DNA of 49,066 nucleotides from Candidatus Sysuimicrobiota bacterium CSP1-3 (GTDB lineage: Bacteria; Sysuimicrobiota; Sysuimicrobiia; Sysuimicrobiales; Humicultoraceae), in the NCBI GenBank assembly GCA_001443485.1, contig LDXQ01000007.1, forward strand, positions 1 to 49,066, given 5' to 3'. Positions 47,674-49,066 of this stretch are shown here, piece after piece. How positions within the stretch are numbered: the stretch's first letter is position 1; each line of letters begins with the position of its first letter. The notes under the pieces are model-generated. The model was not told the DNA's origin. It saw only the letters and a program-made list of their open reading frames with translations, and searched no databases. A program made the position numbers and the translations under genes.

Positions 47674-48192
47674 ATGAAGCCCCGAGACCTGGCCGCAGCC
47701 GCGATCTTTGCCGCCTTGACCTTCGTCGTCACCCGGTACACGCTGATCCCCATCCCGGCGACGAAGGGGTACTTCAACCTCGGGGAGGTCGTGATCTACA
47801 TCGCCGCGCTGGCGTTCGGCCCCGTCGTCGGCCTGTTGGCCGGTGGCGTCGGTTCGGCCCTGGCGGATCTGGTCGCGGCGCCGCAATTCGCCGTCTTCAC
47901 GTTCGTGATCAAGGGAATCGAAGGCTATCTGGTCGGCCGCCTGGCCGGCCCGACCACGGCGTCTCGTCTACGGGCGACGATCATCGGCGGCGCCTGGATG
48001 GTCGCCGGCTACTTCCTGGCGGAGACACTCTTCGCCCGTGTGCTCGGCATCGCCCCGACCCCGGCCACCGCGGTGGCGGCCGCGCTGACGGAGCTTCCGT
48101 TCAACGTCGTCCAGGTCACGGCCGGGATCATCGTGGCGGTGCTGGTGGCGGTGCGTCTGGTTCCTCTGATGGCGGAGAAGCCGTCGCGCTAA
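47674..48192 (+). CDS. ECF transporter S component
   Basis: IPIPATKGYFNLGE, GGVGSALAD, FTFVIKGIEG, NVVQ; TATACT at 47630-47635 and GAGGTG RBS. Confidence 0.88.
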   Translation: MKPRDLAAAAIFAALTFVVTRYTLIPIPATKGYFNLGEVVIYIAALAFGPVVGLLAGGVGSALADLVAAPQFAVFTFVIKGIEGYLVGRLAGPTTASRLRATIIGGAWMVAGYFLAETLFARVLGIAPTPATAVAAALTELPFNVVQVTAGIIVAVLVAVRLVPLMAEKPSR

Positions 48193-48257
48193 CCGGTTCG
48201 CGCGCGGCTGAGTGGGGCCCCGCCCGCGCGACCTTCCTCCAGATCGGCCTCCTGAGG

Positions 48258-48263
48258 TATACT
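48258..48263 (+). promoter_or_regulatory. -10 element of tRNA-Val promoter
   Basis: TATACT 18 nt upstream of the tRNA. Confidence 0.5.
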
Positions 48264-48281
48264 GCCACCGGCGAGACGCGT

Positions 48282-48356
48282 GGGCGCTTAGCTCAGAGGA
48301 AGAGCGCCTCTCTGACGCAGAGGAGGTCGGAGGTTCAAGTCCTCCAGCGCCCACCA
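48282..48356 (+). tRNA. tRNA-Val(GAC)
   Basis: Acceptor GGGCGCT/AGCGCCC, anticodon stem CCTCT/AGAGG with loop CTGACGC, GTTCAAG T-loop, encoded CCA. Confidence 0.96.
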
Positions 48357-48685
48357 TCACAAAACCCGCACCAGTCCTAGCGATAATTCCCGGTTACCGA
48401 AGCGGGTGTCGTTGCCTCAAAACAGGTGTTACCGAGTGGTCTGGTCTGAGAGATTCCACATAACTTCTGCTCATCCCCATCCTGCAGGCCGCTGAAAGCC
48501 TTCTGCTGACCAGGCGGGTCGCCGGTTGCACAGACAGCGCCGCTGGCGGTGCGGGCCTACTTCGCCCGTCTAGGGAGGGAAGCCTAGTGGGCAGGAAGTA
48601 ACAGACCCAGCGAATAGAGGTGGGCTGCGAGGCTGCAGCTGAGGTCGTTGTTGGGAGCGTCCCGCATCGCCGGAGGCATCGGCTG

Positions 48686-49066
48686 ATGGCCGATAACGCC
48701 CTCATTCGCCTGGGGTATTGGATGCACGCCGCTCGGTTGTACCGTGATTTGCTCACCGCAGCACAACTGTCCCCTTCTGCGCTGGCCCAATTGCGGCGGC
48801 GGCGGCTCGCCGCTACCGTCCGGCACGCGTACGCGACGGTCCCGTATTACCGCCACCTGTTTGACCGGGCCGGCATGAAACCCGGCGACGTCCGCTCCGA
48901 GGAAGACCTCGCCGGACTGCCGATCACTTCGAAAGAGGTTCTGCGGCAACTGCCCCGAGAGGAGATTGTCTCATCCGCGGTCCCACTGGAGCGTTTCAGA
49001 GGATACACGACCTCAGGTTCCACCGGCGTCCCCTTTACGCACTACAAGACGATGGATGATCGGCTC
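48686..49066 (+). CDS. Phenylacetate--CoA ligase / CapK family adenylate-forming enzyme (3' truncated by window; absent from ORF track)
   Basis: GGAGG RBS; own translation MADNALIRLGYWMH...HAYATVPYYRHLFDRAGMKPGDVRSEEDLAGLPITSK...TTSGSTGVP. Confidence 0.85.
   Translation, partial: MADNALIRLGYWMHAARLYRDLLTAAQLSPSALAQLRRRRLAATVRHAYATVPYYRHLFDRAGMKPGDVRSEEDLAGLPITSKEVLRQLPREEIVSSAVPLERFRGYTTSGSTGVPFTHYKTMDDRL

Noticed and set aside
48312-48318. G37 in the tRNA-Val(GAC) anticodon loop
   Set aside because: Purine 37 is standard and G37 occurs in other tRNA-Val(GAC); the cloverleaf is otherwise normal.

Overview
A GC-rich (roughly 70% by eye) bacterial chromosomal segment. Gene content and style suggest a Terrabacteria lineage such as Armatimonadota/CSP1-3 or Chloroflexota, which is inference only. 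It opens with a tight operon: class I lysS (partial), a D-2-hydroxyacid dehydrogenase, an EF-G2-type fusA, dnaG and rpoD. The standout is a 393-aa LAGLIDADG intein (3997-5175) inserted inside the CHC2 zinc finger of DnaG (WYCFG|C...AVAN|CGQGG). The last Zn ligand is therefore the +1 nucleophile, and the precursor rebuilds a CFGC motif with the intein's catalytic Cys1, making it a candidate zinc/redox-gated splicing switch on the primase. Downstream lie two paralogous secreted Asp-box beta-propeller genes with a truncated pilin stub, ahcY, comF, aminotransferases, an amine-oxidation cluster and two paralogous secreted-protein genes flanking tRNA-Thr(TGT). Next is a xylose-type operon (divergent isomerase, xylB, xylFHG, an M24-fold gene) convergent with a CRTAC1/ASPIC lipoprotein gene. 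The window ends with redox genes, a cNMP-binding/DUF3307 pair, ATPase-less peptide and amino-acid ABC modules, an ECF S component, tRNA-Val(GAC) and a partial PaaK/CapK-like ligase. Three decayed gene remnants were seen. No CRISPR array, rRNA, transposase or integrase was found. All family assignments come from motif recognition, not database searches.
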